IMG/VR virus record: IMGVR_UViG_3300046460_000097
From: a virus
Lineage: Duplodnaviria; Caudoviricetes
DNA length: 64,000 bases
Reading direction: 5' to 3' (one strand)
The position numbers and the translations under genes are program-made. The notes under the pieces are model-generated. The model was given only the letters and a program-made list of their open reading frames with translations, made no database searches and was not told where the DNA came from. This document shows, in pieces, positions 35,458-45,547 of this stretch. Every line of letters begins with the position of its first letter. The stretch's first letter is position 1.

Positions 35458-36651
35458 ATGTTCAAATTGTGGACAGTGGCAGAAGCAGAAGCACGCGGTA
35501 AAACCTTGTCGGATGACGCGTTCAACGAAATCAATGCACTGCGGAATTTCTTCTACCGCATGTACCCGGAGTTTGGCTTTGGTCACATGCCAGACATCTA
35601 TACCTACCAAGGGTTGGCTGACACTGTCGAAGTCAAGTTCATTCGTTTTGAATGGGCTGGCAAGTCTTACACCTTCGTTATCCAGGACTCTCTGTACGAT
35701 TACTTCATTACCAGTTGGGAAGATGAGAGCCCGCATAAAGAGTGGTGTGACCGTCCTAACCAGTGCGTCGAGATGGTTCGTAAGCACTGGAAGCGCACTG
35801 TCACCAAGATGCCTATAGAGTTGCCTATGGACATCCTCACCAGCGTCCAGAATCAGGTCTACGGCTGGGAACACTTGACCGATGGTGACTTCACTCAGGT
35901 TTACTCTGTATGCGCCCGTATGGCCGCTGAGATGCGTGAGAAGTGTGCGTACGTTACACACCTCGCCGACAAGCTGGGTCACATCATCAAGCAGAAAGAC
36001 CACGACCTGTACCTGAGCTTCAAGGGTGTCGACTTCTTCCAGAAAATGAACATCGGTCTAGACCGTGTTTATCCGAAACTGCCTGAAAGTGGTGAAGTGT
36101 CTCTGGGTGATTCGGTCATCGATCTCGACGACTGGTACATGTACAACAAGATCGTCCAGGTCAACGTCAAACGTATCGGCCATGCGTCGAACCAGATCAA
36201 CCGCATGATCAAGCGTTACCGCGGAATGATCTCCACCGACGTAGTCATCCAAGACATCTTCGATGCTGAACTGAAGATCCAGTTGATGGCAGCCAGTCAC
36301 TTCCTCAAGCGCATCTACGGCTACAGCGCTGAGCACGGTATGGAAATCATGGAAGGCGTCGCCAACGACGTTATCGCTCGTCTGACCAAGCACGGTGGCA
36401 ACATCGGTCTCGACTTGAACGAGTGGGTGGTTTACCAGTACCACGACGACAACTCGATGCCAACAGCTATCAACGACGTTGCCGAGCTGGACTTCAAGAA
36501 CGGACTGTACAACCGCTACACCCAGTCCTTCGTAGAAGCGCTGTACGCGTATCTGCTGGACACTCCGAACCCGTACATCAAACCTTATACTTGGCGTCAA
36601 GTAGTAGAAGGTGATGACGGTATCGCGATTGGTTCTATCCGTCAGGTGTAA
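35458..36651 (+). CDS. Hypothetical protein (~397 aa)
   Basis: Long ORF with strong phage codon bias; start re-called at MFKLW. Confidence 0.8.
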   Translation: MFKLWTVAEAEARGKTLSDDAFNEINALRNFFYRMYPEFGFGHMPDIYTYQGLADTVEVKFIRFEWAGKSYTFVIQDSLYDYFITSWEDESPHKEWCDRPNQCVEMVRKHWKRTVTKMPIELPMDILTSVQNQVYGWEHLTDGDFTQVYSVCARMAAEMREKCAYVTHLADKLGHIIKQKDHDLYLSFKGVDFFQKMNIGLDRVYPKLPESGEVSLGDSVIDLDDWYMYNKIVQVNVKRIGHASNQINRMIKRYRGMISTDVVIQDIFDAELKIQLMAASHFLKRIYGYSAEHGMEIMEGVANDVIARLTKHGGNIGLDLNEWVVYQYHDDNSMPTAINDVAELDFKNGLYNRYTQSFVEALYAYLLDTPNPYIKPYTWRQVVEGDDGIAIGSIRQV

Positions 36652-36665
36652 CGAACAACCCAGTA

Positions 36666-36696
36666 CCCCTAGCAGCCCTTAACAGGCTGCTAGGGG
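36666..36696. terminator. Hairpin between convergent genes
   Basis: CCCCTAGCAGCC-cttaaca-GGCTGCTAGGGG. Confidence 0.7.
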
Positions 36697-36736
36697 CGCT
36701 ATGGCTGCAATTGCGTATCAATGGAAGGCTACACCA

Positions 36737-37378
36737 TTAAGGTGCTGTAGCGGCAGCCAAGGCTGCTTCCAACTCAAGGTTGTATGCTTGAGCTGCGGCC
36801 AGCTGAGCAGTCAGGGCATTTACCTTGGCTACATCATTACTGGCGTCAGTGATCTTACCCTTGCGGGTATTCTCGTAGGCGTCTGCTTGCGCTTGGCTGG
36901 TGTAACCAACAGTCGGGATCGTACCCAATGTAACGCGGGCGGTAATACCAACAGTTGTCAGCAGGTAGTTGGCCATGTGGTCCATTGCCTGTTGCAGGGT
37001 TTGTTGCATGCTCGGAGGAACGGCGCCCACGTCAGCCACAATGCACATACGTTCATACGACACACCATCGACCAGAGGAAACGAGGTCAGGTAAGTAGTA
37101 GGAACGTAAACAGGAATCCCGTTACGGTCCATCAAGGAAACGATGATCGCGTCTGCTGCTTTGGCACGAGCCAGCACAGTAGGGTAATCCTCGGCGACAA
37201 CACCCACCGGTGCGAACACCAGCGTGTACAGGTCGAGCTTAGCCTGTTCCATCTCGAAGATGGTACGGGTCGCTTCAACGGTGTAGTACTTGCTCTGATC
37301 GACAATGGTGTTAAACGGAGCAGATGCTTCAAATCGTCCCGCAGCATGAATCGCGGGGATGATGTTTTTGTCAGCCAT
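36737..37378 (-). CDS. Probable virion structural protein (phiKZ-like core)
   Basis: Co-oriented with 37381-38724 in the core block; C-terminal coiled coil. Confidence 0.65.
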   Translation of the reverse strand: MADKNIIPAIHAAGRFEASAPFNTIVDQSKYYTVEATRTIFEMEQAKLDLYTLVFAPVGVVAEDYPTVLARAKAADAIIVSLMDRNGIPVYVPTTYLTSFPLVDGVSYERMCIVADVGAVPPSMQQTLQQAMDHMANYLLTTVGITARVTLGTIPTVGYTSQAQADAYENTRKGKITDASNDVAKVNALTAQLAAAQAYNLELEAALAAATAP

Positions 37379-37380
37379 GG

Positions 37381-38724
37381 TTATTCACTCACAACGCCGT
37401 CTTGCAGCATTTGGTAGCGGGTCATTACCAGGATCTTTACCTTCCCGATACGACGAGCCACATAGACCTGACCGAAACGCATAACCCGGGTAACGCCAGT
37501 TGGAGGCAAGCTGGTAGGGGTAACTACCTCAGCTGCAGCCAACAGGTTTTCCATCTGACGAATGAACTCCATGGTGGCGCTATTCATCAGGTCGAAGTCT
37601 GGGTCAGTCGACTCGATCAACGAGTAATCAGGGAACAAGGCAGTGATCTTTTCCATCCCCGGGCGGTTGTTCAGCTTGGCCACGAAGGCACAGCTAAGCG
37701 ACTTATAGAGGACAGGAACGACTTGCATGGATTTTATGACGTGAGCCGGCGTCATGTTCGGGGTCAAGTACTTATCGACCAAGACCTGCATCGTTTCACG
37801 ATCAGCAATTGGGGAAAAGTTCTTCGCACCGTTGGTCTTGTTGGTAAGGCCGTACCGATCGAACGACGGAATCACGTAGAACTCAAGCGGGTTGAAAAGG
37901 TCAGGGATCTTCTCTTCCCAACGAGGACGACCGAACTGAGAGTTGTCCAGGATCTCTTTCTGGATCTGCTCGAAGAGCTGGTCTTCCGCGTCAGAGCTGT
38001 TGCCCCACGCTACGAAGCGCCAATACCCCATATTGTAATTAGGGGTGTTGATCAGGTCCAAGATCTGGAAGCCAAGAACCTTACGCTCTGTATAAGGCCA
38101 GGCCGCTTGGTTGGTCAGAGCATGGGTCCGATCTTCAATTACATCGGGCGTTTCGAGATCAAAGCGGGCTTCGATCTGCTTGTAGTTCGCGTTCATCAGG
38201 AAGTCCATCTCGCCGATTGGGAGAGGGTGGCAAACTGTGAACTTTACAACAGGGTACTGATCCTGGAAATAGGCGTCAGCGAACCACAGGTAGAACTCGT
38301 GTTTAGCGGCGCCAACAGTGTGAGTACCGTGGATGAAACTTGGGAACCAGATGGTGTTGTCGGTTACCATCTCGCCGATATCGGTAATTTCGATATTGTT
38401 CGAAAAGGTCGCTTGCAACAGTGCTAGGGTGCCAGGACGGCTGCTAGTAATGTTACCCTGCTTTGCTTGGGCATACAGCCAGTCGCCGATATTGATTTGA
38501 ACAAGAGCCAAGTTGGCCGGCATCTTGATATCGACGTTGTTGTTTTGGCTCAAGAAGTTGAAGAGCTCTGTAACACTGGCAGCGTTGTCATTGGCGAAAA
38601 CCCCCGGGTCTCTTGCATAGGTCCGGGATTTGTTGGAAAGTTCACCAATAGGTGACAAACTTTCTAGTGCGTTATTGTAGAGTGGTGATATACTGCCAAA
38701 CGATAAATAAACTACAGTGCTCAT
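37381..38724 (-). CDS. Probable virion structural protein (start MSTVVY)
   Basis: GAGG RBS before ATG 38724; position next to the RNase H-like gene as recalled for phiKZ-like phages. Confidence 0.65.
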   Translation of the reverse strand: MSTVVYLSFGSISPLYNNALESLSPIGELSNKSRTYARDPGVFANDNAASVTELFNFLSQNNNVDIKMPANLALVQINIGDWLYAQAKQGNITSSRPGTLALLQATFSNNIEITDIGEMVTDNTIWFPSFIHGTHTVGAAKHEFYLWFADAYFQDQYPVVKFTVCHPLPIGEMDFLMNANYKQIEARFDLETPDVIEDRTHALTNQAAWPYTERKVLGFQILDLINTPNYNMGYWRFVAWGNSSDAEDQLFEQIQKEILDNSQFGRPRWEEKIPDLFNPLEFYVIPSFDRYGLTNKTNGAKNFSPIADRETMQVLVDKYLTPNMTPAHVIKSMQVVPVLYKSLSCAFVAKLNNRPGMEKITALFPDYSLIESTDPDFDLMNSATMEFIRQMENLLAAAEVVTPTSLPPTGVTRVMRFGQVYVARRIGKVKILVMTRYQMLQDGVVSE

Positions 38725-38755
38725 AACTCTCACCTCTTCGTGTAAGGATAGTCCC

Positions 38756-39241
38756 ATGTTAGCGGTCTTTAAAGAGCTAACCAACAGATTCATAGAATTT
38801 GTCCTAGCGTTAACAAAGGGTGCGACACTTGAAGAGCAGTTAACGTCAGCGCTAAAAACTTCTATTTTCCTGGTCTCTGTTCTACTGGTTGTGGTCACTA
38901 GCCTTGCGGTTGCTAACCTTAATCTGCGGATGGAAGTGTCAGACATGGAGGTGGGTATTTCTAAAGTGAATCTCTTGTTCGATGGGGATAGTGGAGGGCC
39001 CATCAAGGGATTCATTCGTATTAACGAGGTGCTCTCCGAGCAAAACTCGACGATAAAGCAAGAAAATATCCTGTTGCTCAAGAACACGGCTCATCTGGAT
39101 GAAGAGAACCATTGGCTCAGGCTACACTTGGTACAGGTCCTCGATGAGAATCAGTTGTTACGGGTGAACAATAAGGCACTGACAGATATGGCTCTCAGTC
39201 TCGGTAAATCGCCTAAAGCTAAAAGTTCACCGCAGCACTAA
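38756..39241 (+). CDS. Membrane-anchored coiled-coil protein
   Basis: AAGGA RBS; TM SIFLVSVLLVVVTSLAVA; heptad-like C-terminus. Confidence 0.7.
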   Translation: MLAVFKELTNRFIEFVLALTKGATLEEQLTSALKTSIFLVSVLLVVVTSLAVANLNLRMEVSDMEVGISKVNLLFDGDSGGPIKGFIRINEVLSEQNSTIKQENILLLKNTAHLDEENHWLRLHLVQVLDENQLLRVNNKALTDMALSLGKSPKAKSSPQH

Positions 39242-39277
39242 TTAATGTGTATCAACACCTCTTAAGGACTGCCTGCG

Positions 39278-40789
39278 ATGGACGAAATCACTCCGACAAT
39301 AAACATGGTTGTTTATTTGATTGCAAATGCTTTGGAAGCAGCAGAGGGAAAACATAAACGATTTCATTACTTGGGCGGTCATGGCTACACCTATGACATC
39401 GCTCAAGAGGGTAAGAAGAAGCTGGCCAAGGATGTAGCGACTTCTACAGGGTATTACACCGGCAACAAGCAGAAGCCTAACACAGTGGTGGTCGTTAATG
39501 ACATCATCAGTTTGACGGTTTGCGGTTCTGCTAGTGTCATCGAAAGTATGCTGTCTGGGTTCAAGGCTGTACTCGAACCGTTTGTTGTTAATCAGTCAGT
39601 GTACAAGAACCTGTGCGTCATTACTCCTCATCGTGAATTGGAAGTACTCAGCCGCCTCAAACCAGCTCAGCTGGATAAGGAAGGGGTTAAGCTGGGCACT
39701 CACGTGTTGTCTGCTTCTGAAATTGACCTGGCCAAGGAATGTCTAGCCTTGGTGACTGCTATTGCTACAGATGGGAAGGATCGCAAGGTTATCTTCGATC
39801 TAGCGGGTGCGGCAGAAGGCGGTTTGGGCAATCGTCTCGCGCACAAGCAATTGGAGTTGGCGGAAGTCGGTACTGTTATCGGTCACCTGAAAGGCATTAG
39901 CCTCTCGATCATGACTCGTAAAGAGTATGAAAATCCTGAATCGGATTTCAACAAGATCGTCAGTGCAACACGCTGGTACTTTCAGACCGGTAATGCTGTT
40001 GACTTCTACAAGCTGCTCAATGGTTTCCGCGTGTATGGCTTCGGTAAAGTGGAGCCGGACAAGAACTACTACGGAAAGATCACACCGGACGTGACCTACT
40101 CCAAACTGTATACCCTGAAACCGATTCAGTTGCTGGACAAGTTGTTTGAGTTCACTTCCAAGAAGATCGCTAACCCTGATGGGTATCTGTCTGCTGGGAC
40201 ATTGAACAACCTGACCGGCAAAGATGTAGCGCGCATGATCGACACCATTCCGGCTGTTCCGCAAAATACGGATCTGGTCTCTCCGGTTACTAAAGGTAAC
40301 GGTAAGCCAGTCCTGATCGAGCTGATCAAACCGGTAATGATGTCGTACCGTGTACGCGAGTTCTTGGATGTCATGGACTTCCAGTTGGAATCGTTCTTGA
40401 AGAAGGATGAGAACAACCAGTTCGGACACACCAAGTTCTACAACATCACCGATCAAGTGTACGTCAAGGAAGAAAACGGCAAGGGCGTAGTGAAGCTTAA
40501 ACTGCATCCTGAATTTACACAGTTGAAGACATCATTCAAGGTACTGGTCGACCACCCTAAAGCGGTTAAGCCTGTGCCTATCATGTTGTCGGTTGGGTAT
40601 GACATTCCAGAACGCAATGCTTTCAACTCGGTAGAAGATCCAGATGTAGAGGTGTGGGTTGCTGTGGATACTCGTAACGCTACGGGGCTCCGTTACAACA
40701 CGTTGGTGAAGACAAATGAATTCATCTACATCCATACCAGTGCAGCGGCTAATCTGCGTGTGCTGAACAAGGCAGAGCTGGGGCAATAA
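39278..40789 (+). CDS. RNase H-like protein (phiKZ-like family), possibly degenerate
   Basis: GGHGYTY and GGLGNRLAH resemble the G.HGY and GH.GNE.AD motifs; size and synteny with the RecA-like gene. Confidence 0.55.
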   Translation: MDEITPTINMVVYLIANALEAAEGKHKRFHYLGGHGYTYDIAQEGKKKLAKDVATSTGYYTGNKQKPNTVVVVNDIISLTVCGSASVIESMLSGFKAVLEPFVVNQSVYKNLCVITPHRELEVLSRLKPAQLDKEGVKLGTHVLSASEIDLAKECLALVTAIATDGKDRKVIFDLAGAAEGGLGNRLAHKQLELAEVGTVIGHLKGISLSIMTRKEYENPESDFNKIVSATRWYFQTGNAVDFYKLLNGFRVYGFGKVEPDKNYYGKITPDVTYSKLYTLKPIQLLDKLFEFTSKKIANPDGYLSAGTLNNLTGKDVARMIDTIPAVPQNTDLVSPVTKGNGKPVLIELIKPVMMSYRVREFLDVMDFQLESFLKKDENNQFGHTKFYNITDQVYVKEENGKGVVKLKLHPEFTQLKTSFKVLVDHPKAVKPVPIMLSVGYDIPERNAFNSVEDPDVEVWVAVDTRNATGLRYNTLVKTNEFIYIHTSAAANLRVLNKAELGQ

Positions 40790-40801
40790 CCCTGTATCAG
40801 C

Positions 40802-40841
40802 TATAACTCCCCTACCCCGTAAAAAGGGTAGGGGAGTTATA
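40802..40841. terminator. Bidirectional hairpin (TATAAC family)
   Basis: TATAACTCCCCTACCC-cgtaaaaa-GGGTAGGGGAGTTATA. Confidence 0.75.
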
Positions 40842-40857
40842 GTGCTTTATGGCTGCT

Positions 40858-41664
40858 TTACTTGAGTTCGGCGATGGTCTTCGCTTGCTCGTTGAATACA
40901 GCGGTCAGATCGTTCAGAAGCACCAGCAGAGCGCCTGCAAGGTTGGTCAGAGACACGAACTTGTTGACGATGGCCTCTACGTCGGCAATGCCCTGCTCGC
41001 TTACCAGCAGCTCGTTAGCCTTGATCTTCTTGACCATCAGCGTACCGAGTTCGTGAACGTTGGTCAGCTCTTTAGCCAACAGTTCGATGTCACGCCCACC
41101 GAGAGTGCTCACGCCGTGGTTGAAGGTGATCATGCAGGCGAAGAACTCGTCGAAGTTGAAGTACACTTGGCCGAGGTTGAACTTCAGACGGCGGCTGTTG
41201 TCAGGGAGGTTCTTGACGAAGTTTTCAGCCTTGTTAAGGGCGGTGTCGAAGTCCTTGATAGTCCAGCCGAAGGACTTGTCAACGCGACCATTCTTGATGA
41301 TTTGTTTCAACCAATCATATAGTCTCGCCGCCTCGGTCTTCAGACTGCACACGATGTACACACCGTCTACAACGGCCTTGGTGTGTGCCATCATATTACC
41401 CATACCGGCTTGGAAACCTTCGGGGGTGATCATCTCAACGCCGGTGTTCTTGACGTACAAGATCTTGTTAGCTTCGATGTTGCGCTTGGCAGCCGAGTAG
41501 TCAACCTGATGGATCGATTTGCTCAGCGCAGCCATGCGACGATCGATGGAGGTGGAGAACTCTTTGAAGAACAGGTCGAAGTTCTCGCCCAAGCTCATTG
41601 CTTCCATACCTTGTACGGAAAGCAACGTATCTGGGTTCTTAACCAGCGCGATATAATTTTCCAT
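40858..41664 (-). CDS. Probable virion protein (phiKZ-like core)
   Basis: GAGG RBS; lies between RNase H-like and RecA-like genes. Confidence 0.65.
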   Translation of the reverse strand: MENYIALVKNPDTLLSVQGMEAMSLGENFDLFFKEFSTSIDRRMAALSKSIHQVDYSAAKRNIEANKILYVKNTGVEMITPEGFQAGMGNMMAHTKAVVDGVYIVCSLKTEAARLYDWLKQIIKNGRVDKSFGWTIKDFDTALNKAENFVKNLPDNSRRLKFNLGQVYFNFDEFFACMITFNHGVSTLGGRDIELLAKELTNVHELGTLMVKKIKANELLVSEQGIADVEAIVNKFVSLTNLAGALLVLLNDLTAVFNEQAKTIAELK

Positions 41665-41772
41665 TACTGACCTCTATATCAATATAGTTTAGGGGAGGGC
41701 AGTTTGCCCAAAGTGACCGGGGCAGAGTGGCCCTTGGATTGAAATTCATAAAATACCAGGAAGTTAAGAAAT

Positions 41773-43218
41773 ATGGCATCTCCGCACAGTTTTGTTAAAG
41801 CAATGAAGTCGTCCGATACTGTTATCCCGACTCTTCAGTTCTCGCCAATGATGGACATGATCAACGGTGAGTTCTTAGTGGGTCCGGATCAGGTCACCTA
41901 CATGAATGGTGGACTGTGCCGCAACAACGCTGTAACCGGTGGTAACAACACGCAGAAGACCGGCCAAACTGTATTGATGATGGCCAACGCGTTGTATCGT
42001 TATCACACGCTGATCGTGGCCTTCAAGGATATCGAGGCTACCTTTAACGTAGGTCGTCTGGCTGACATCGTGGACGAACTGTTCGGTATTCCGGGCTACT
42101 TCTACGCCGAGATTCTGGACAAGCGTTTCTTCTACTTCAGCCGTAACGACATCGAGAACCCTTGTGACGGTAACTTCGTTCACCAGTGGTTCAAAGACCG
42201 CCATGCTGATGTAAAGCAGGCGATCAAAGAAAAGCAGAACATCTACATCAATACTCCTTACCCGGGTAACGATGGTAACGCGGTCAAGATCATTTCGCCG
42301 ATCATGACTGTAGTCGACTCGATCTCTGAAATGCACTTCGCCAAGACCTCGGCCCACTTCCAAGAAGGTGAAGTCGACGAAGGCGGCGCGCAGAAGACTC
42401 GAGATCTGGTAATCGGTAACCAGCGTCGTATCGTCTATGAAGACTGTGACGTACTGGGTGGCGAATTCGGCGCTTATCAAGTGTGGACTGCTCAGGTAAC
42501 TGACATCGTCAACATGACTGGTCAGCCGCTGGAAAAAGAATCCGTCTTCATTCGTCAAGGGAAGAAACTGAAAGGGCCTAAGTCCCTCCTGCGTATCCCA
42601 CAAATCGGTTATGAAATCATCCGGGGTAGTGCACTTAAATCTGGCCAGGAATGGATGTACCCCAATCCGTTCGGCAGCGACGTGGTAATTGGTAAAGATG
42701 CAAAAGAAAACCCTGATCTGCTTTTCTACACAACTAACATTTATCGTAACAAGAGTGGCTCTAGTGGTAGCAGCCTGTTCTTTATTGGTTCCCAATCTCT
42801 AGGGATTCAAGAAGGGCTGTCGATGTACCACGCTATCAAGACGTCCGACATGTTCGGTCTTGAAGGCAGTGCTATCAGCCACGCTTGTGTGTTGTACCCT
42901 GAGTGCAAGGTTGGTCGTACCACCGTCTGGAAGAAGTCTATTGAAGACAAGAAGTTCTACCGGGCGCTGGGCATCTGCTACCAAATGTGGTTCATGCAAA
43001 CGTTCTGGTTGACTCTGGAGCACAAGTACCGCATGACCCCGCAGGAAATGTACAACAAGATCAAAGAGCAAGGTTACGACTGGAATGACATCCTCGAGAA
43101 CACCGTGGACTACTGGTTTACCAACCCGCTGATCACCAAGCACACCGTCTCCACGCTTGAACTGTTGAAGATCGCTCTGGGCGAGCGCAAGCCTTACTGG
43201 CTTGATAAGAAAAAGTAA
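41773..43218 (+). CDS. RecA/UvsX-like recombinase ATPase
   Basis: GGL...AVTGGNNTQKTG (Walker A-like), IMTVVDSISE (Walker B); jumbo-phage synteny. Confidence 0.7.
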   Translation: MASPHSFVKAMKSSDTVIPTLQFSPMMDMINGEFLVGPDQVTYMNGGLCRNNAVTGGNNTQKTGQTVLMMANALYRYHTLIVAFKDIEATFNVGRLADIVDELFGIPGYFYAEILDKRFFYFSRNDIENPCDGNFVHQWFKDRHADVKQAIKEKQNIYINTPYPGNDGNAVKIISPIMTVVDSISEMHFAKTSAHFQEGEVDEGGAQKTRDLVIGNQRRIVYEDCDVLGGEFGAYQVWTAQVTDIVNMTGQPLEKESVFIRQGKKLKGPKSLLRIPQIGYEIIRGSALKSGQEWMYPNPFGSDVVIGKDAKENPDLLFYTTNIYRNKSGSSGSSLFFIGSQSLGIQEGLSMYHAIKTSDMFGLEGSAISHACVLYPECKVGRTTVWKKSIEDKKFYRALGICYQMWFMQTFWLTLEHKYRMTPQEMYNKIKEQGYDWNDILENTVDYWFTNPLITKHTVSTLELLKIALGERKPYWLDKKK

Positions 43219-43282
43219 TTTGCATATGTATAGGGGATCCAAGCCATCGGGTCCCCATTCACTTTTAGGGGAATGGAAGCAA

Positions 43283-43645
43283 ATGGAAAGCTCTAACATC
43301 GTGCTGGTAGTATCTGACAGCAACTTCATGAACCTCTGTAAAGATCCGTTCGAATACATTACTCAGTTGAAAACTCGTTTGGCCGAACGCGCTAAGGGCG
43401 CCATTACCCTGTTCACTGTTTCGGGTAAGTACGGCCTCAGCAACATCGATTCCACGCTTCCTGTTATCCCGGTTGACGACAAGAACAAAACACTGTTCGG
43501 TCAGACGCTGGAAAACGCGACCATGATGTTCGACGAACTGTTGACCATCACTGTTTCACAAAACGATCCGTTCCTCTCGACGGCTTGTGAGGTGGTTACT
43601 AACGCCAACAAGACCATCACGAAGTACGGCTACCAGAGGAAGTAA
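43283..43645 (+). CDS. Hypothetical protein
   Basis: Start re-called at MESSN; operon context. Confidence 0.65.
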   Translation: MESSNIVLVVSDSNFMNLCKDPFEYITQLKTRLAERAKGAITLFTVSGKYGLSNIDSTLPVIPVDDKNKTLFGQTLENATMMFDELLTITVSQNDPFLSTACEVVTNANKTITKYGYQRK

Positions 43646-43647
43646 TC

Positions 43648-44334
43648 ATGGCCAAGGGCAACCGTAAGGAGGCCGAGGAGTTTGTACTCGGCTTCATGGG
43701 TGAGCTGACAGAGGGCGGTGGTAACCGGGTCATTTACTCTCGTTTGTTCGAGGCAATGAATGATGCTCAGTTTGGTGACTTTGTTGATAAGGTCGAACAA
43801 CTGGGCTCTCTGTCAATCTGGGGTAGCAACTATAACCCCAAGGAAATGATCCACTACGAAAACCTCTTGCGTATCAGCAAGAAGTACGGGGTGGAGATCG
43901 AACAGCAGTTGATCGTGTTCGATGAAGAAACCGGCATCAAGTCCATGACTCCCTACAAGGCAATCGTGGGCACTGGCGAACTGCGTAAGCAACGTCAGAT
44001 GTGGGTGAAGAAGTTCTCCGCTGCAAAGGACGACCACTCCATCGACGACCTCACCGGGCAGGTAATGGGCGACTCTCGTTCCACTGGTATCAGTCAGCCT
44101 GAAATCACGGTGTTGCGTAACCTCGGTTTGACCATCATGGCCAACGAGCTGTACAACGTGAAGGGCGGTGACCTGCAAGCATTGCGTTCCTACAAGAACG
44201 ACCTGCTGACTACCGGTAAGACCAACACCAATGCCAGCCTGCAAAAGGGTGACATTGCCAAGTCGTTGAAGACTGCTCACTACCTGTTACGGGCTCGTGG
44301 TATCGACAACAACATGAACAAGCGTTACGGGTGA
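43648..44334 (+). CDS. rpoB: Virion RNA polymerase beta subunit, C-terminal fragment (phiKZ gp149-like)
   Basis: SIDDLTGQVMGDSRSTGISQPEITVLRNLGLTIMANELYNVKGGD aligns to RpoB YSLVTQQPLGG...[27 protein letters not shown]. Confidence 0.8.
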   Translation: MAKGNRKEAEEFVLGFMGELTEGGGNRVIYSRLFEAMNDAQFGDFVDKVEQLGSLSIWGSNYNPKEMIHYENLLRISKKYGVEIEQQLIVFDEETGIKSMTPYKAIVGTGELRKQRQMWVKKFSAAKDDHSIDDLTGQVMGDSRSTGISQPEITVLRNLGLTIMANELYNVKGGDLQALRSYKNDLLTTGKTNTNASLQKGDIAKSLKTAHYLLRARGIDNNMNKRYG

Positions 44335-44337
44335 TCT

Positions 44338-44754
44338 ATGGATGACATGCTGCACATTAAGTTGGTGGTTAACAACGCGATTGTTGACATGCAAGCCGAT
44401 CCCCGGCCGGAACTGAAGCTGCCGTTGTCGAACCTGTTCATCAAGCCCCTTGCCAACTTCGGGCCTGGTTACGACGTGTTCATCGCTTCCATTGGTTCCG
44501 ATGCAGCCGCGTATGACCGCTGGTTGAACCTTCAGATGAAACTGGTGACAGACTTCGGTCCTCAGCGGGAAAAGCTGATGGAAGAGTTCATGCAGGTGTT
44601 CAAGGACGTTATCTCCCAGACACCGGGTGGCGAGTCTCATACCACTCACGATGATGTCAACTCCATCAGTTTCCAGTTGGCGTTGATGCTGCGTGTGTAC
44701 GGTGATTCCATTTCCTTGGAAACTCCGCCAGCAACAGCAGGTAAACAGAAATGA
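44338..44754 (+). CDS. Hypothetical protein
   Basis: Operon context. Confidence 0.7.
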   Translation: MDDMLHIKLVVNNAIVDMQADPRPELKLPLSNLFIKPLANFGPGYDVFIASIGSDAAAYDRWLNLQMKLVTDFGPQREKLMEEFMQVFKDVISQTPGGESHTTHDDVNSISFQLALMLRVYGDSISLETPPATAGKQK

Positions 44755-45488
44755 ATCGGGTGTTGAAGGTTTACACCGAACTTGATTCGCTCTATGACTA
44801 TCGTCGTGGGCTGTTGCAACTGTTGATGACTCCGAACATTTCTGACGACGCGCAACGCAAGTCAACGGGTGATACCCTGTGGCTGATGCATGTCGAAAAG
44901 AACTACAAGGAGCGTCGTTACGACACGTTCGAACATGCGTTCTTCAATATCAACCGTGAGAAGTTTGACGAGTTGTATGAGAAGCGCACGATCTCCGACT
45001 GGTTGATGTATTACCCGTCGAACTTTCAGCGAGACTTCGTCAAGACACTTATTGACTTGGAAAAGTTGGGCGACAAGCCTATCAACATTCAGACCGTGGA
45101 GTTGTACGTTAACTGCAACCCTTACGTACTGGATGATGAACTGAAAGACATGTTTGTTAAGCACTGCACTGCCGCGTTTAAAGGGCTTGTGAGCGTGAAG
45201 TTGGTTGAGTCGGATCCTTCGACCCATGACGCCAACTACTACAAGCAGTTCAACTACGTGTTCAAGTACGACGCAATCATCGGGAAAGGTTCCAAGGCTC
45301 TGATGGATTCCATTAAGGGCAACCCTATTCCTGATACAGCCTTTGTCATTCCTGATATCTTGGCTAACAAGACTGATGAGTTTACAGGTAGCAACACGGA
45401 CCTGATCTTCAGTATGTCGGTTACACTGGGTACCGTGATTAAACTGGTTCCCATCAAGCATCAGTTCTACGACTATGGCGCGGAATAA
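44751..45488 (+). CDS. Hypothetical protein (possible degenerate HAD-like fold)
   Basis: N-terminal VYTELDSLYD motif; ATGA overlap. Confidence 0.65.
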   Translation: MNRVLKVYTELDSLYDYRRGLLQLLMTPNISDDAQRKSTGDTLWLMHVEKNYKERRYDTFEHAFFNINREKFDELYEKRTISDWLMYYPSNFQRDFVKTLIDLEKLGDKPINIQTVELYVNCNPYVLDDELKDMFVKHCTAAFKGLVSVKLVESDPSTHDANYYKQFNYVFKYDAIIGKGSKALMDSIKGNPIPDTAFVIPDILANKTDEFTGSNTDLIFSMSVTLGTVIKLVPIKHQFYDYGAE

Positions 45489-45496
45489 TGAACCTA

Positions 45497-45525
45497 CTAG
45501 AGTAGAGGCAATGCCTCTACTCTAG
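45497..45525. terminator. Perfect 14-bp inverted repeat, 1-nt centre
   Basis: CTAGAGTAGAGGCA-A-TGCCTCTACTCTAG then TTTT. Confidence 0.7.
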
Positions 45526-45547
45526 CTTTTATCTATGGGGATTGTTT

